Shown here: piece by piece, positions 8,481-18,987 of the stretch
Layout of the letters: each line of letters opens with the position of its first letter
How positions within the stretch are numbered: the stretch's first letter is position 1
Assembly: GCA_030834185.1 (NCBI GenBank)
Contig: JAURFT010000002.1
Span: 5,089 to 69,088 of the forward strand
From: Candidatus Nanopelagicales bacterium
Lineage (GTDB): Bacteria; Actinomycetota; Actinomycetes; S36-B12; UBA5976
Direction: 5' to 3'
Length of the DNA: 64,000 bases
Made by a program: the position numbers and the translations under genes
The notes under the pieces: generated by a model
Databases searched by the model: none
Seen by the model: only the letters and a program-made list of their open reading frames with translations
Told to the model about the DNA's origin: nothing

Positions 8481-9859
8481 TCACACCTCAAGAGATTGTT
8501 GAAAATATAATTGCAGCTGCTGATTATGACGATTGTGTTGTAATTGTTAACGAAGACACCTCAGCAAATCTGCGCTGGGCAAATAACACCTTAACTACAA
8601 ACGGTGTGCTCGCTAATCGCTCAGTTACAGTGATTGCATTTGTAAACACTGCAGCTGGCATGGCAGCTGGAAGCATCACCCGAACTGATGTGCCAGCGGC
8701 GCAATCGAATGAAGTGGCAGCAGCTGCGAAAGCTGCCGCACTTGCAGCTGGAAAAGCTGAAGATGCAGCACCGCTGCTTACTAATGTGGTTGCAGGCGAT
8801 TGGAACGCACCGCATTTTCCAACTGGGCCAGCGGTATTTAGCAAAGTAGCACCAGATCTTGGGGCTATGTTTATTGCAGCTGCGCGAGATGGCATTGAAT
8901 TGTTTGGTTATGCCGAACACACCCATGCCACATCATGGATTGGCTCTAAAGGTGGCATTCGTGTTCGAGAAGATCAGCCAGCAGGCCGAGTCGAGATGAC
9001 TGGCAAATCTCATAACCGAACTCGAAGCACCTGGGAGGGTCGAGCAACTCGTGATTTTAGCGATTTGAGCATGGCTGAAATTGATGCTGCAATTCGTCAA
9101 CGTCTTGATTGGCAGGGAAATAAAATTGATCTACCAGCTGGAAAATATGATGCAGTGCTGCCAAGCGGCGCGGTTGGAGATCTCATCACCTATATGGTTT
9201 GGAGCGCAGCTGGTAAAGATGCGTTTGAAGGTCAATCGGTGTTCTCAGATAAAAAAGGTGGCACCAGAATTGGTGAAAAATTCTCAAATGTTGCTTTAAA
9301 TCTTTACTCAGACCCAACCTATCAGGGGCTTGAAAGCACAGCGCATATAGAAGCGGCTGCAAGCAGCACTTTTGCAAGCGTATTTGATAACGGTCACGTA
9401 ATTAGTAAATTCGAGTTAATGAAAAATGGTGTGCTGCAAAACTTAATTAATACCAGAGCCAGCGCAAAACAAATGGGTGCAGATTTTGTGCCGATCTCAG
9501 ATAACATAATTATGAGTGTGGATGGCGCAACGGCATCTGAAGCTGAGTTAATCAAATCAGTGAAGCACGGCTTATTAATTACCTGCCTTTGGTATATCCG
9601 AATGGTTGATCCAGTAACGCTGCTGCTAACTGGCTTAACTCGCGATGGGGTTTATTTGATTAAAGATGGCGAAGTTGTTGGTGCGGTAAACAATTTCCGC
9701 TGGAATGAATCACCAGTTGAGCTATTAAGCCGAATCATCGCCGCCACCCCAACTCAGATCACGCAGCTGCGTGAATGGGGAGATTATGTAGATCGAACGG
9801 CGATGCCAGCTGTGTTGTTTAAAGATTTCAACATGTCAACTGTAAGTCAGGCCTCTTAA
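8477..9859 (+). CDS. pmbA: PmbA/TldE-family protein, partner of TldD
   Basis: A U62-family paralog lacking the HExxH motif, immediately downstream of tldD and overlapping it by 4 nt. Confidence 0.8.
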   Translation: MITPQEIVENIIAAADYDDCVVIVNEDTSANLRWANNTLTTNGVLANRSVTVIAFVNTAAGMAAGSITRTDVPAAQSNEVAAAAKAAALAAGKAEDAAPLLTNVVAGDWNAPHFPTGPAVFSKVAPDLGAMFIAAARDGIELFGYAEHTHATSWIGSKGGIRVREDQPAGRVEMTGKSHNRTRSTWEGRATRDFSDLSMAEIDAAIRQRLDWQGNKIDLPAGKYDAVLPSGAVGDLITYMVWSAAGKDAFEGQSVFSDKKGGTRIGEKFSNVALNLYSDPTYQGLESTAHIEAAASSTFASVFDNGHVISKFELMKNGVLQNLINTRASAKQMGADFVPISDNIIMSVDGATASEAELIKSVKHGLLITCLWYIRMVDPVTLLLTGLTRDGVYLIKDGEVVGAVNNFRWNESPVELLSRIIAATPTQITQLREWGDYVDRTAMPAVLFKDFNMSTVSQAS

Positions 9860-12800
9860 CTAAGCGCTTGATTTACTAAGTTGGCCTGTTCTATGTCGTG
9901 CAGCTTATGTGAACCAACAGCTGGTGAAGATGCTGCTGGTCGCGTGACTGGTCGAATACCGCGTTGCAACTGAGCGGGGAATTCCAACCCAACAAATGGC
10001 CAAGAACCTTGATTTGCCGGTTCCTCTTGGGCCCAGACCAACTCAACATCATCTGGATAATGACTTAGCAACGCTGCAATCTCTGGTGCCGGCAGCGGAT
10101 ACAGTCGCTCAACTCGTACAAGCGCAATATCTGTAATGTTGCGAGTTTCGCGCTCGGTTAACATGTTGTAATAAACCTTACCTGAGCTAAACACCACTCG
10201 CTTTACATTTGCTTTGGTAACAGATGCATCATCAATCACTGGCTTAAATTCACCCGTTGTGAAATCAGCCGCCGCACTTGCTGCAAGTTTGCTGCGCAGC
10301 AGCGATTTTGGTGTAAAGACAATTAACGGCTTGACATGTGGCTGCAGTGCTTGCCAACGCAGCAAGTGGAAATAAGAAGCAGGCGTTGATGGATAAGCGA
10401 CAGTCATATTGTCTTGTGCACATAAAGCTAAGAAGCGCTCAATTCGAGCTGATGAGTGATCTGGCCCTTGACCTTCATAGCCATGTGGTAGCAACAACAC
10501 CACACGAGATGTCTGACCCCATTTTTGCTCACCAGAGCTGATGAATTCATCGATAATAGTTTGCGCACCGTTGGCAAAATCGCCAAACTGCGCCTCCCAC
10601 ATCACGAGCGCATCTTTATTTGCAACCGAATAGCCGTATTCAAATCCCATTACTGCGTATTCGCTTAACAATGAGTCATAGATATAAAGCTTGCCGGCAT
10701 TTTCGCGCTTACTCATTTCCTTAAGCGGGAAATAGCTGGTGCCAGTTTGTTTATCAACAATCACCGCATGGCGCTGTCCGAAAGTGCCTCGGCGTGAATC
10801 CTGCCCTGAAATTCGAACCAGTCGATTTTCAAGCAACAGCGAACCAAGCGCAAACATTTCACCAGTTGCCCAATCAACAGCATCATCTGCCAACATGGCT
10901 GCTCGTTTTTGTAGCTGCGGCCAGAGTCTTGGGTGCGCTGTTACATTTGCTGGAAGCTCAATTTGGGTTAGCGCAATTTTGTCTAGTACTTCGCGTGACA
11001 CCGCAGTTGCAACTGGATGCGGGAATGGCTGCAATGTGACGTCAGCAGTTTCAGCAATTCCAGTTGAAAGCTCTTCGCGGGTTTCAGTAAATACTCGCTC
11101 CAGTTGATCTTGGTAGTCCTTCAGCGCAGATTCAGCTTCTTCAACTGTGATATCGCCACGACCAATCAACGCTTCGGTATAAAGTTTTCGTACGCTGCGC
11201 TTGTTATCGATAATGTCATACATCAATGGCTGAGTTAGCGATGGATCATCAGCTTCATTATGACCGCGTCTGCGGTAGCAGATCAGATCGATGACAACAT
11301 CTTTATTAAATTCCTGCCGGAACTCAAATGCCAGCCTGGAGATTCGAACTACAGCTTCAGGGTCATCGCCGTTCACATGGAAAATTGGAGCTTGCACCAT
11401 GCGGGCAACTGAGGTGGCATAAGTTGAAGAACGTGATTCAGTAGGTGAAGTTGTGAAGCCAACTTGGTTATTGATTACCAAGTGAATGGTGCCACCAACT
11501 CGGTAGCCGCGAAGTTGTGACATATGCAAGGTTTCAGCAACTACACCTTGACCTGCAAATGCAGCATCCCCATGTAGCAAGATTGGCAGCACTGGAAAAC
11601 CGTTTTCGCGATCTAACTGATCCATCTTCGCGCGGGTAATTCCCTCCAAAACTGGGTTCACAGCTTCGAGATGGGAAGGGTTTGCTGCTAGATACACCTT
11701 AACTTTTTCACCATTTGGTGCTTCATACTCACCTTCGGTGCCAAGGTGATATTTAACATCGCCTGAACCTTGCACAGACAGCTTATTTTTTGGCGCATCT
11801 TCAAACTCACGAAATATCTGCCCATAAGACTTGCCGGCAATGTTCGCCAACACATTTAGTCGACCTCGGTGCGGCATGGCAACAGTTACTTCTTGGACAG
11901 CTGAATTTGCCGCTTCAGACAAAATCGCATCCAGTGATGCAATGGCTGATTCGCCACCTTCTAAACTAAATCGTTTCTGCCCAACGTATTTAGTTTGTAA
12001 AAAGTTCTCAAATGCTTCAGCAGCATTTAGCTTACGTAAAATTCGAAGTTGCTCCTCGCGCGGTGGCTTGGTATCAGCTCGTTCAATGCGATCTTGCATC
12101 CATTGCCGTTGAATTGGATCTGCAATATGCATGTATTCAACTGCAATTGAGCGGCAGTAGGCCTCGCGCAGAGTGAGTAAGATATCTCGCAGCTTCATAA
12201 ATGGCTTAGAGCCAAAACCGCCGGTAGGGAAACTGCGCTCTAAATCCCAGACCGAAAGACCGTGACTGGACATTCGTAGATCTGGATGCGTACGTTGTTT
12301 GTATTCCAGCGGATTGGTATCGGCAATTAGGTGTCCACGAGTTCGGTAAGCATGAATCAACGCCTGTACTCGAGCGACCTTATTAATGGCATCTTCATGA
12401 TCAGCATCAACGTCGCTCACCCATAGATATGGCTTAAAGGTAATTTGCAGCGATTGGAATACTTCTTCATAAAAATCATGCTGACCAAGCAGCATCTCGC
12501 CAACAATTTTCAGGAATTCGCCGCTAGCAGCACCTTGAATAATTCGGTGATCATATGTTGAAGTAAGGGTTAAAATTTTTCCCACACCGTTGCGCGCTAA
12601 TGCTTCTGTTGCAGCACCTTGCCATTCTGCTGGGTAATCAAGAGCTCCTACACCAATGATTGCGCCTTGACCTTTCATTAGTCGTGGAACTGAGTGCACA
12701 GTTCCAATAGTGCCTGGGTTAGTCAAGGTAACTGTGGTGCCAGCAAAATCAGTAACTGCAAGTTTATTATCGCGAGCACGTCGCACAATGTCATCGTAAA

Positions 12801-13488
12801 CAGCCCAAAATGTTGCAAACTCCATTGTGTCTGCAGCTTTGATATTTGGCACCAATAGCTGTCGAGAACCGTCTGGTTTTGCTAAATCAATTGCCAACCC
12901 AATATTCACATTTGGGTGCTTGATGATTGCGGGCTTGCCTTCATGTTCAATGTAGCTGGTGTTCATGCTTGGCAGCTTTGCCATCGCTTTAACAACAGCC
13001 CATGCAATTAAATGTGTAAACGAAACTTTGCCACCACGAGTGCGATTTAAATGTTCATTAATAAAGGTACGGTTTTCAATTAATAATGTAGCTGGAACTG
13101 TGCGCACACTAGTTGCAGTTGGCACACTCAAACTTTCTTCCATGTTTGTCACAACTCGACCTGCTGGACCACGCAAAATTTCAGGCTCAACAACTACTGG
13201 TGTTTCAGCAATTGGTACAGCAGCAACTATTGGTGCAGCAGGTTCGCTAAGTGAAACCTGTTCACTGATTGGCGTAATTGCTGGTGCTGGAATTACAACC
13301 CCATCTGTTTTGAGTTTTACCTCAGTGCGCTCACCTGGCACATAGTCGGTAAAAAATTCATGCCAAGCTGGATCTACGCTGCTTGGGTCGCGTAGGTATT
13401 GTTCATAGATTTCATCTACTAGCCATTCGTTGGCACCGAATGCAGCTAGGCGGGGGTCAACTTCTCTTGATCCAGTGTCAGAAGACAC
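9856..13488 (-). CDS. kgd: multifunctional 2-oxoglutarate dehydrogenase E1 / 2-oxoglutarate decarboxylase with a fused E2-like domain
   Basis: About 1210 aa. The N-terminal E2-type acyltransferase segment carries the catalytic TSTYDHRIIQGA motif and is fused to an E1o ThDP enzyme (GDAAFAGQGVV, HGYEGQGPDHSSAR). This fusion is actinobacterial (Kgd/OdhA). I chose GTG 13488, which follows AGGAGAAATC. The track ATG at 13554 adds an implausible Cys/Arg-rich extension. Confidence 0.93.
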   Translation of the reverse strand: MSSDTGSREVDPRLAAFGANEWLVDEIYEQYLRDPSSVDPAWHEFFTDYVPGERTEVKLKTDGVVIPAPAITPISEQVSLSEPAAPIVAAVPIAETPVVVEPEILRGPAGRVVTNMEESLSVPTATSVRTVPATLLIENRTFINEHLNRTRGGKVSFTHLIAWAVVKAMAKLPSMNTSYIEHEGKPAIIKHPNVNIGLAIDLAKPDGSRQLLVPNIKAADTMEFATFWAVYDDIVRRARDNKLAVTDFAGTTVTLTNPGTIGTVHSVPRLMKGQGAIIGVGALDYPAEWQGAATEALARNGVGKILTLTSTYDHRIIQGAASGEFLKIVGEMLLGQHDFYEEVFQSLQITFKPYLWVSDVDADHEDAINKVARVQALIHAYRTRGHLIADTNPLEYKQRTHPDLRMSSHGLSVWDLERSFPTGGFGSKPFMKLRDILLTLREAYCRSIAVEYMHIADPIQRQWMQDRIERADTKPPREEQLRILRKLNAAEAFENFLQTKYVGQKRFSLEGGESAIASLDAILSEAANSAVQEVTVAMPHRGRLNVLANIAGKSYGQIFREFEDAPKNKLSVQGSGDVKYHLGTEGEYEAPNGEKVKVYLAANPSHLEAVNPVLEGITRAKMDQLDRENGFPVLPILLHGDAAFAGQGVVAETLHMSQLRGYRVGGTIHLVINNQVGFTTSPTESRSSTYATSVARMVQAPIFHVNGDDPEAVVRISRLAFEFRQEFNKDVVIDLICYRRRGHNEADDPSLTQPLMYDIIDNKRSVRKLYTEALIGRGDITVEEAESALKDYQDQLERVFTETREELSTGIAETADVTLQPFPHPVATAVSREVLDKIALTQIELPANVTAHPRLWPQLQKRAAMLADDAVDWATGEMFALGSLLLENRLVRISGQDSRRGTFGQRHAVIVDKQTGTSYFPLKEMSKRENAGKLYIYDSLLSEYAVMGFEYGYSVANKDALVMWEAQFGDFANGAQTIIDEFISSGEQKWGQTSRVVLLLPHGYEGQGPDHSSARIERFLALCAQDNMTVAYPSTPASYFHLLRWQALQPHVKPLIVFTPKSLLRSKLAASAAADFTTGEFKPVIDDASVTKANVKRVVFSSGKVYYNMLTERETRNITDIALVRVERLYPLPAPEIAALLSHYPDDVELVWAQEEPANQGSWPFVGLEFPAQLQRGIRPVTRPAASSPAVGSHKLHDIEQANLVNQALS

Positions 13489-13572
13489 GATTTCTCCTGC
13501 GGTTGTGGCTGATGCCCGAAGCCTACCTGCTCTGCGGTGGCAACAATGCGGCAATCACTACAAGGTACTCCT

Positions 13573-14301
13573 ATGACTTTACTTACAGACCTATCAGGCC
13601 AGGTAGCAATAGTTACTGGTGGCTCGCGCGGACTTGGTCGTCACTGCGCTGAGCAGTTAGCAGCTGCTGGAGCAACAGTTGTGATTATTGGAAAAAATCC
13701 AGATTCGGTGGCTAAAGCTACCAGCGAGTTAGTTGCTAAAGATTTAGATGTGGTGGGTTTTGCAGCTGACGTATCTGATTACGACCAGCTAGCGGCGGTG
13801 AAATCTGAGCTAGGAGTGCTCGCGGATGCCCAGATTTTAATCTGCTCGGCAGCTGTTATGGCAGAAAAAATTTCACGCACGCTTCGAACCACAAAAACTG
13901 AATGGGATCGGGTGCTAGAAACAAATTTAAACGGGGTGTTTCATGCCGTTTCGCTTTTTGTGCCAAGCATGGTTGAGGCAGGCTATGGTCGAGTGATAAA
14001 TCTTTCCGCTTGTCTGAGCCGATTCACCGGACCTGGCTTAGGTGGGGGACTGGCGCCTTATCGAATTAGCAAAACGGCAGTGACCGCGTTAACGCGAAAT
14101 CTAGCTGCTGAGCTGCAGTTTGGCGCTAAAAATGTCTTAGTAGATGCAGTGTGTCCAGGGCATATTCAAACCGACATGGGCGGGGCTGCTGCGCCGCGAA
14201 CAATTGCGCAGGGCGCAGATACAGTGCTTTGGCTGGCAACTCGCGAGCAGAGCGATCAAACTGGGCTGCTTTGGGAAGATAGGGTCGTAGTTGACTTTTA
14301 A
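13573..14301 (+). CDS. SDR-family oxidoreductase
   Basis: It has the TGGSRGLG dinucleotide motif and a YxxxK (YRISK) active site. Start at ATG 13573, after AAGG. Confidence 0.85.
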   Translation: MTLLTDLSGQVAIVTGGSRGLGRHCAEQLAAAGATVVIIGKNPDSVAKATSELVAKDLDVVGFAADVSDYDQLAAVKSELGVLADAQILICSAAVMAEKISRTLRTTKTEWDRVLETNLNGVFHAVSLFVPSMVEAGYGRVINLSACLSRFTGPGLGGGLAPYRISKTAVTALTRNLAAELQFGAKNVLVDAVCPGHIQTDMGGAAAPRTIAQGADTVLWLATREQSDQTGLLWEDRVVVDF

Positions 14302-14307
14302 GGTGGC

Positions 14308-14766
14308 TTGGTGAGTAAAGCTAGATTTTTTGTGCTGGCCCAATTTGGCCTGCTTGCTGTGCTGGTTTTACTGCCAGTAGATGCTGCAGTTAACGCGCCT
14401 AATTGGTTTCGTGCTGTTTCGCTGACACTAATGGGCAGCTCCTTTGCCATTTTGCTTTTTGCTGTAATTGCGTTGCGCCCAGCGCTAACCGCATCACCAG
14501 TGCCAAGAGCAGATGCGCCGCTAGTGCGCTCTGGTATCTATAAATATGTTCGACATCCAATGTATACGGCTGTAATTGCAATTGGTGCTGCGATCATGTT
14601 TGGCAATCCAACATTTTTAACAATGGTGGTATGGGTAGCGCTAATTATCGTGCTGTTAAACAAGGCGCATTTTGAAGATACACTTTTATTAGCAAAGCAT
14701 CCTGCTGCTAAAAATTACCAATTAACAACTGGTGCGTTTTTACCAAAGTTAAAAAAATCAAACTAA
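14308..14766 (+). CDS. membrane methyltransferase of the ICMT/PEMT family
   Basis: It has multiple TM segments and the family motif GIYKYVRHPMYTA. Confidence 0.75.
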   Translation: MVSKARFFVLAQFGLLAVLVLLPVDAAVNAPNWFRAVSLTLMGSSFAILLFAVIALRPALTASPVPRADAPLVRSGIYKYVRHPMYTAVIAIGAAIMFGNPTFLTMVVWVALIIVLLNKAHFEDTLLLAKHPAAKNYQLTTGAFLPKLKKSN

Positions 14767-14794
14767 GCACTAGTAACTAGAAAAGAGAAATCCC

Positions 14795-15628
14795 TTGGCC
14801 GCTTTACTTGCGTTAATGGCAAGCGTCGCGTGGGGCGTTGCAGATTACATGGGTGGTATTGCATCTCGCAAAGCTGGACCATTACAAATTTTAGTTGTGG
14901 CATACCCTGCTGGTGCAGTAATTATCACGCTCGCTGCGGTAGTTGTAATTCCAGGTGAAATCTCTGCTGCCGCGCTGGCCTGGGGAGCAACAGCTGGACT
15001 TATTGGAGCAATTGCAGTTGCGCTGCTTTATGTTGCACTTAGCCGTGGCCCGATGGGAATTGTTTCACCAATTACAGCAGTTATGTCAGGTTCAGTACCA
15101 CTTGCAGTGGGTGTATTTCGAGGTGAAACTTTAACTCCACTTGCAATTACAGGTGTGGTGCTGGCAGTTTTTGCAGTAATACTTGTTACTAGAGAAAAAA
15201 GTGAGCATCGAAAAGTTCGACTAAGCACAGTATTTATCTCGATCGCCAGCGGAACTGCAATTGGGCTTTACTTGTCTGCGCTAGGTTCAGCGCCAGCTGA
15301 TTCAGGGATCTGGGCTGCCACAGTTGGTAGATGGACCTCATCGATATTAGTTGCGATTGCGGTATTTATTTTTATGCGCAGTTTTACCAAAACTAATTTT
15401 CCATGGCAGCTTGCAATTATTTCTGGATTTTTAGATGCGGGCGCAAATGCAGTTTTTCAGCTTGCAAGTCAACGTGGCCTGTTGGCGGTAGTTGCGGTGC
15501 TTGGTTCGCTGTATCCGGCAACAACTGTGCTGCTGGCAAGATTCTTATTGCATGAGCGATTAATTCGCATCCAGCTGCTTGGGGTGTACCTGGCATTTGC
15601 TGCTGTCGCCGCACTTGCGCTGGGCTAA
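14795..15628 (+). CDS. EamA/DMT-family transporter
   Basis: A protein with about ten TM segments and two EamA-like halves. The TTG start is uncertain, and an in-frame ATG lies at 14816. Confidence 0.75.
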   Translation: MAALLALMASVAWGVADYMGGIASRKAGPLQILVVAYPAGAVIITLAAVVVIPGEISAAALAWGATAGLIGAIAVALLYVALSRGPMGIVSPITAVMSGSVPLAVGVFRGETLTPLAITGVVLAVFAVILVTREKSEHRKVRLSTVFISIASGTAIGLYLSALGSAPADSGIWAATVGRWTSSILVAIAVFIFMRSFTKTNFPWQLAIISGFLDAGANAVFQLASQRGLLAVVAVLGSLYPATTVLLARFLLHERLIRIQLLGVYLAFAAVAALALG

Positions 15629-15664
15629 AGCGCATTTGTCGGCTATTACTGCCAGAATAACCAG

Positions 15665-16795
15665 ATGGATATCACTTTAATTGCCCTAGTTGCTGCTTTG
15701 GCAGTGATTGCTGTCTTGGCAGTGCAGTTAATCAAACAGCGTCAAGGCAGCGGGGCATCAGCAGCTGAAGTTATGAATATCGCCCAAACCGTGCTTGATC
15801 GGCATGCCACCAAGCTAACTGAAACTGCAGCGTATGAACGTAATCGGTTAAAAACCGAAGATGAAGCTAGGCGAACTGAATTTAACTTATTATTAAAGCC
15901 GCTCACTGAGAACTTAGAAAAAGTTGAATCCAAGCTGCAATCGCTAGATAACCAACGCGCTGAACTAAAGCAGCAGCTTGATAATTACCGTGATCTAGGT
16001 AAAGAACTAAATGAAAAAACCTCTCAACTCAGCAGCGCACTTCGTCGACCAGAAGTACGAGGCCGCTGGGGTGAGATGCAGCTACGCCGATTAGTTGAGA
16101 TTGCGGGCATGGTTGATTATGTAGATTTTGAAGAGCAACTAACTTTTATCTCAGATGATGAACGATTGCGACCAGATATGGTGGTTAAGTTAACTCAAGG
16201 CGGACAAATTGCAGTTGATAGCAAAGTTCCGCTAGATGCTTATCTTGATGCCGTCACCTTGCAAGGCCCAGAGCGCGATACGGCAATGGAGCGAGTTGCA
16301 AAACAAGTAAGAACTCATATCAAGCAATTATCCGAAAAAGAATATTGGCGGGAGCTAGATAAGTCAGCAAACTTCACGGTGATGTTTATTCCTATTGAAG
16401 GCGCGTTTCAAGAGGCTGTTGGTATTGATCCTGGAATTGTGGAATATGCAGCGGAGCATAAAATTGCAATTGCAACGCCATTCACATTACTTGGGATGCT
16501 GCACACCATTGCGCGATTAGAAACGCAGTTTCAAATTGCCCAGAAAATTGATTCCTATTTACAAGAAGCACGAAAACTACATAAGCGGGCAAGTGTTTTT
16601 GCAGATCATTTAGGCAAAGCTCAAAAATCAGTTTCAAGTGCGAATCGCCATATTGATAGCGCTGCTAGATCTTTTGATCGAATGTTTATGAAATCAATTG
16701 AGGATATGAATTCGCGTGCGATAGCAAGCGGAGTGGAAGAGGCAGATACAGATCCGCTACTAGAAATTCCAGCTGCAGATTATGATGAAGAATAA
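15665..16795 (+). CDS. rmuC: DNA recombination protein RmuC
   Basis: It has an N-terminal TM segment, a long coiled coil, and a RmuC nuclease-like core (RGRWGEMQLRRLVEIAGM ... DSKVPLDAY). Confidence 0.85.
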   Translation: MDITLIALVAALAVIAVLAVQLIKQRQGSGASAAEVMNIAQTVLDRHATKLTETAAYERNRLKTEDEARRTEFNLLLKPLTENLEKVESKLQSLDNQRAELKQQLDNYRDLGKELNEKTSQLSSALRRPEVRGRWGEMQLRRLVEIAGMVDYVDFEEQLTFISDDERLRPDMVVKLTQGGQIAVDSKVPLDAYLDAVTLQGPERDTAMERVAKQVRTHIKQLSEKEYWRELDKSANFTVMFIPIEGAFQEAVGIDPGIVEYAAEHKIAIATPFTLLGMLHTIARLETQFQIAQKIDSYLQEARKLHKRASVFADHLGKAQKSVSSANRHIDSAARSFDRMFMKSIEDMNSRAIASGVEEADTDPLLEIPAADYDEE

Positions 16796-18037
16796 TTAAC
16801 GCAAGATTTGTCTAGCAGTGCGATCATAAGTTAAGTAGTTCCAGGCCCAATCAATTACAACTTGTAGTTTGTTGCGGCCACCAAGTAGATATGCCAGGTG
16901 CAGGCCAAGCCAGGCGAGCCAGGCAATGAAGCCGCTGAGCTTGATCCCATTTGCTGCCACAACCGCATCAGAGCGACCAATAGTTGCCATTGAGCCTTTG
17001 TCTTTGTATTTAAATCCAGCAACATCTGGCTTAATTAAAAACTTAGCAATGTGTCTGCCCATCTGCATAGCAACAGGCGCAACCATCGGCAGCGGCTTTC
17101 CATCAGCATCAAGAAACGCGGCTAAATCTCCAATAACAAACACATTTGGAAATTTAGCTGCTGCTGGTCGGCAATGCTCATCAATCACAATTCGATCATC
17201 TCGACGTGCAGCGATATCCATGCGCTGAGTTAGCAACGAGCTAATCGCGTTGCCCTTTACGCCAGCTGTCCAGATTGTAAGTTCAGAATCTAATAATCGT
17301 CCACCTTTTAAACTCACATCTTGTTTGGTTACTTCAGCTACCTGCGCATCAAGTAATACGTTGACGCCGCGGCGCTCTAAATCTCGCTTTGCAATTGCCG
17401 ATAACGAGCCTGGAAACATACTTAAAATAACGCTACCAGCTTCAACCAACGTTACGCGCAGCGGCGATGGTCCAAGTTCTGGGAAATCTTTATGCAGCAC
17501 TCGTGAAAGCTCAGCTAGGGCACCGGCTAACTCAACTCCAGTTGGGCCGCCGCCAACAATGACAATTGGAACTGGTTGTTGGTGATATCGAGCTGCATTT
17601 TCAAGCGCTCGCATTACGTTAGATCTAATAATTAAAGCTTCTTCAATATTTTTCATGCCAAACGTAAATTCCTTTACGCCCTTAACACCAAAATCCGCTG
17701 TGATTGAACCCGCTGCGATGACAAGCTTGTCGTATTCGATTCGCTCACCTGATGCCAACACCACTCGGTTCTGGTCAAACTCAACATCAATTACGGTATC
17801 TAGTAAAAATTTAGCTTTACGATTTCGAATCGCTGCTCGAGCAGGATGGGCAATTGATTCAGCAGTTAACCCTGCTGATGCCACTTGATACAGCAGCGGT
17901 GAGAAGGTATGGAAATTATGAGAGTCAATCAGCGTAATATCAAAATCAGCATGTTTGGCAGCTTTAATAAATGCCAATCCACCAAAGCCAGCACCAATCA
18001 CGACAGTTTTTAATTTGGCAGCAGGCGTGACTGTCAT
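16796..18037 (-). CDS. ndh: type II NADH dehydrogenase (NDH-2)
   Basis: It has two Rossmann motifs (VVIGAGFGGL and IVIVGGGPTGVELAG) and a C-terminal membrane-anchor helix. Confidence 0.88.
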   Translation of the reverse strand: MTVTPAAKLKTVVIGAGFGGLAFIKAAKHADFDITLIDSHNFHTFSPLLYQVASAGLTAESIAHPARAAIRNRKAKFLLDTVIDVEFDQNRVVLASGERIEYDKLVIAAGSITADFGVKGVKEFTFGMKNIEEALIIRSNVMRALENAARYHQQPVPIVIVGGGPTGVELAGALAELSRVLHKDFPELGPSPLRVTLVEAGSVILSMFPGSLSAIAKRDLERRGVNVLLDAQVAEVTKQDVSLKGGRLLDSELTIWTAGVKGNAISSLLTQRMDIAARRDDRIVIDEHCRPAAAKFPNVFVIGDLAAFLDADGKPLPMVAPVAMQMGRHIAKFLIKPDVAGFKYKDKGSMATIGRSDAVVAANGIKLSGFIAWLAWLGLHLAYLLGGRNKLQVVIDWAWNYLTYDRTARQILR

Positions 18038-18108
18038 GCGGCCTCCTGAATTAATTGGTACTGCGCGGTATTAGGGAATCAAGTGTATTGGCTCTAAGGT
18101 CTGTTGGC

Positions 18109-18987
18109 ATGAGCAAAACAGGCAGAGCCTCACGGGGCATATTTGCACTTACTGCAACCGTGCTTTGCTTTGCAGCCGCATACCCTGGCATCATTGCAGC
18201 TCAAGCTAATTTCTCACCTGCTCCACTAGTGCTGCTGCGGGCATTAATTGTTACCTTGGCACTTATTGGCTTGGCGATCGCTATGCAAATTAGCATGCGA
18301 ATCTCATGGCGAGACTTAGCAGTTGCCAGCGTGCTTGGCCAGCTGGGAATATCAGGGTTTCAATGGCTGCTCTATGAAGCCCAACAAGTTTCAAGCGCTG
18401 GAACTGCATCAACAATTGTGAATATGGCGCCAGTAATTACGTTAATTGCTTCAGCGTTGATCTTAAAAGAGCAGGTATCAGCAAAACGTTGGCTTGGCGT
18501 TTTAATAGCAGTGATTGGCGTTGTGGTGTTGGGGGGTTCTGGTGCTACCACAGATTTCTCTGGGGTGCCGCTATTAATTGTGGCAGCGGTGGGATTGGGC
18601 TTGTATTCAGTTTTTCTCAAACCACTTGTGCTCAAATATCATCCGCTCTCAGTTACTTTGCATGCCACTTGGCCAGGCGCATTGGTATTTGCTTGGAGCG
18701 GGCCAGTTTTGATAAGCGAAATCAAATCTGCCCAGCTAACAGCTTGGCTTGGAGTTATGGTGCTGGCGTTAGTTGTTTCAGCTGGCGGCTATGTGGCATG
18801 GGCGCGAGCTGTTCAGCTACTTGAGGTATCAAAAGCTGCCATTGTTTATTACTTAGTCCCACCGGTAGCTGTGCTGTACACCTTTATTTTGTTTGGCCAA
18901 CGGCCGCTGCCACTAGAGTATTTAGGAATTGTGATTGTCATTTTTGGAGTAGCGGTTGCTATGAGCAAAGGCAAGTTAAATGATTAG
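18109..18987 (+). CDS. EamA/DMT-family transporter
   Basis: A polytopic membrane protein with a duplicated EamA-like architecture. Start at ATG 18109. The track start at 18055 adds a non-hydrophobic extension. Confidence 0.75.
   Translation: MSKTGRASRGIFALTATVLCFAAAYPGIIAAQANFSPAPLVLLRALIVTLALIGLAIAMQISMRISWRDLAVASVLGQLGISGFQWLLYEAQQVSSAGTASTIVNMAPVITLIASALILKEQVSAKRWLGVLIAVIGVVVLGGSGATTDFSGVPLLIVAAVGLGLYSVFLKPLVLKYHPLSVTLHATWPGALVFAWSGPVLISEIKSAQLTAWLGVMVLALVVSAGGYVAWARAVQLLEVSKAAIVYYLVPPVAVLYTFILFGQRPLPLEYLGIVIVIFGVAVAMSKGKLND

Noticed and set aside
10338-13345. Several 67-128-aa plus-strand ORFs inside kgd (for example 10739..11107 and 12959..13345). Similar antisense ORFs lie inside pmbA, ndh, ppdK, metZ and the transaminase gene.
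   Set aside because: They lie entirely antisense to long, motif-verified genes. They have odd Ser/Ala/Arg/Cys-rich compositions and no RBS, so they are shadow ORFs.
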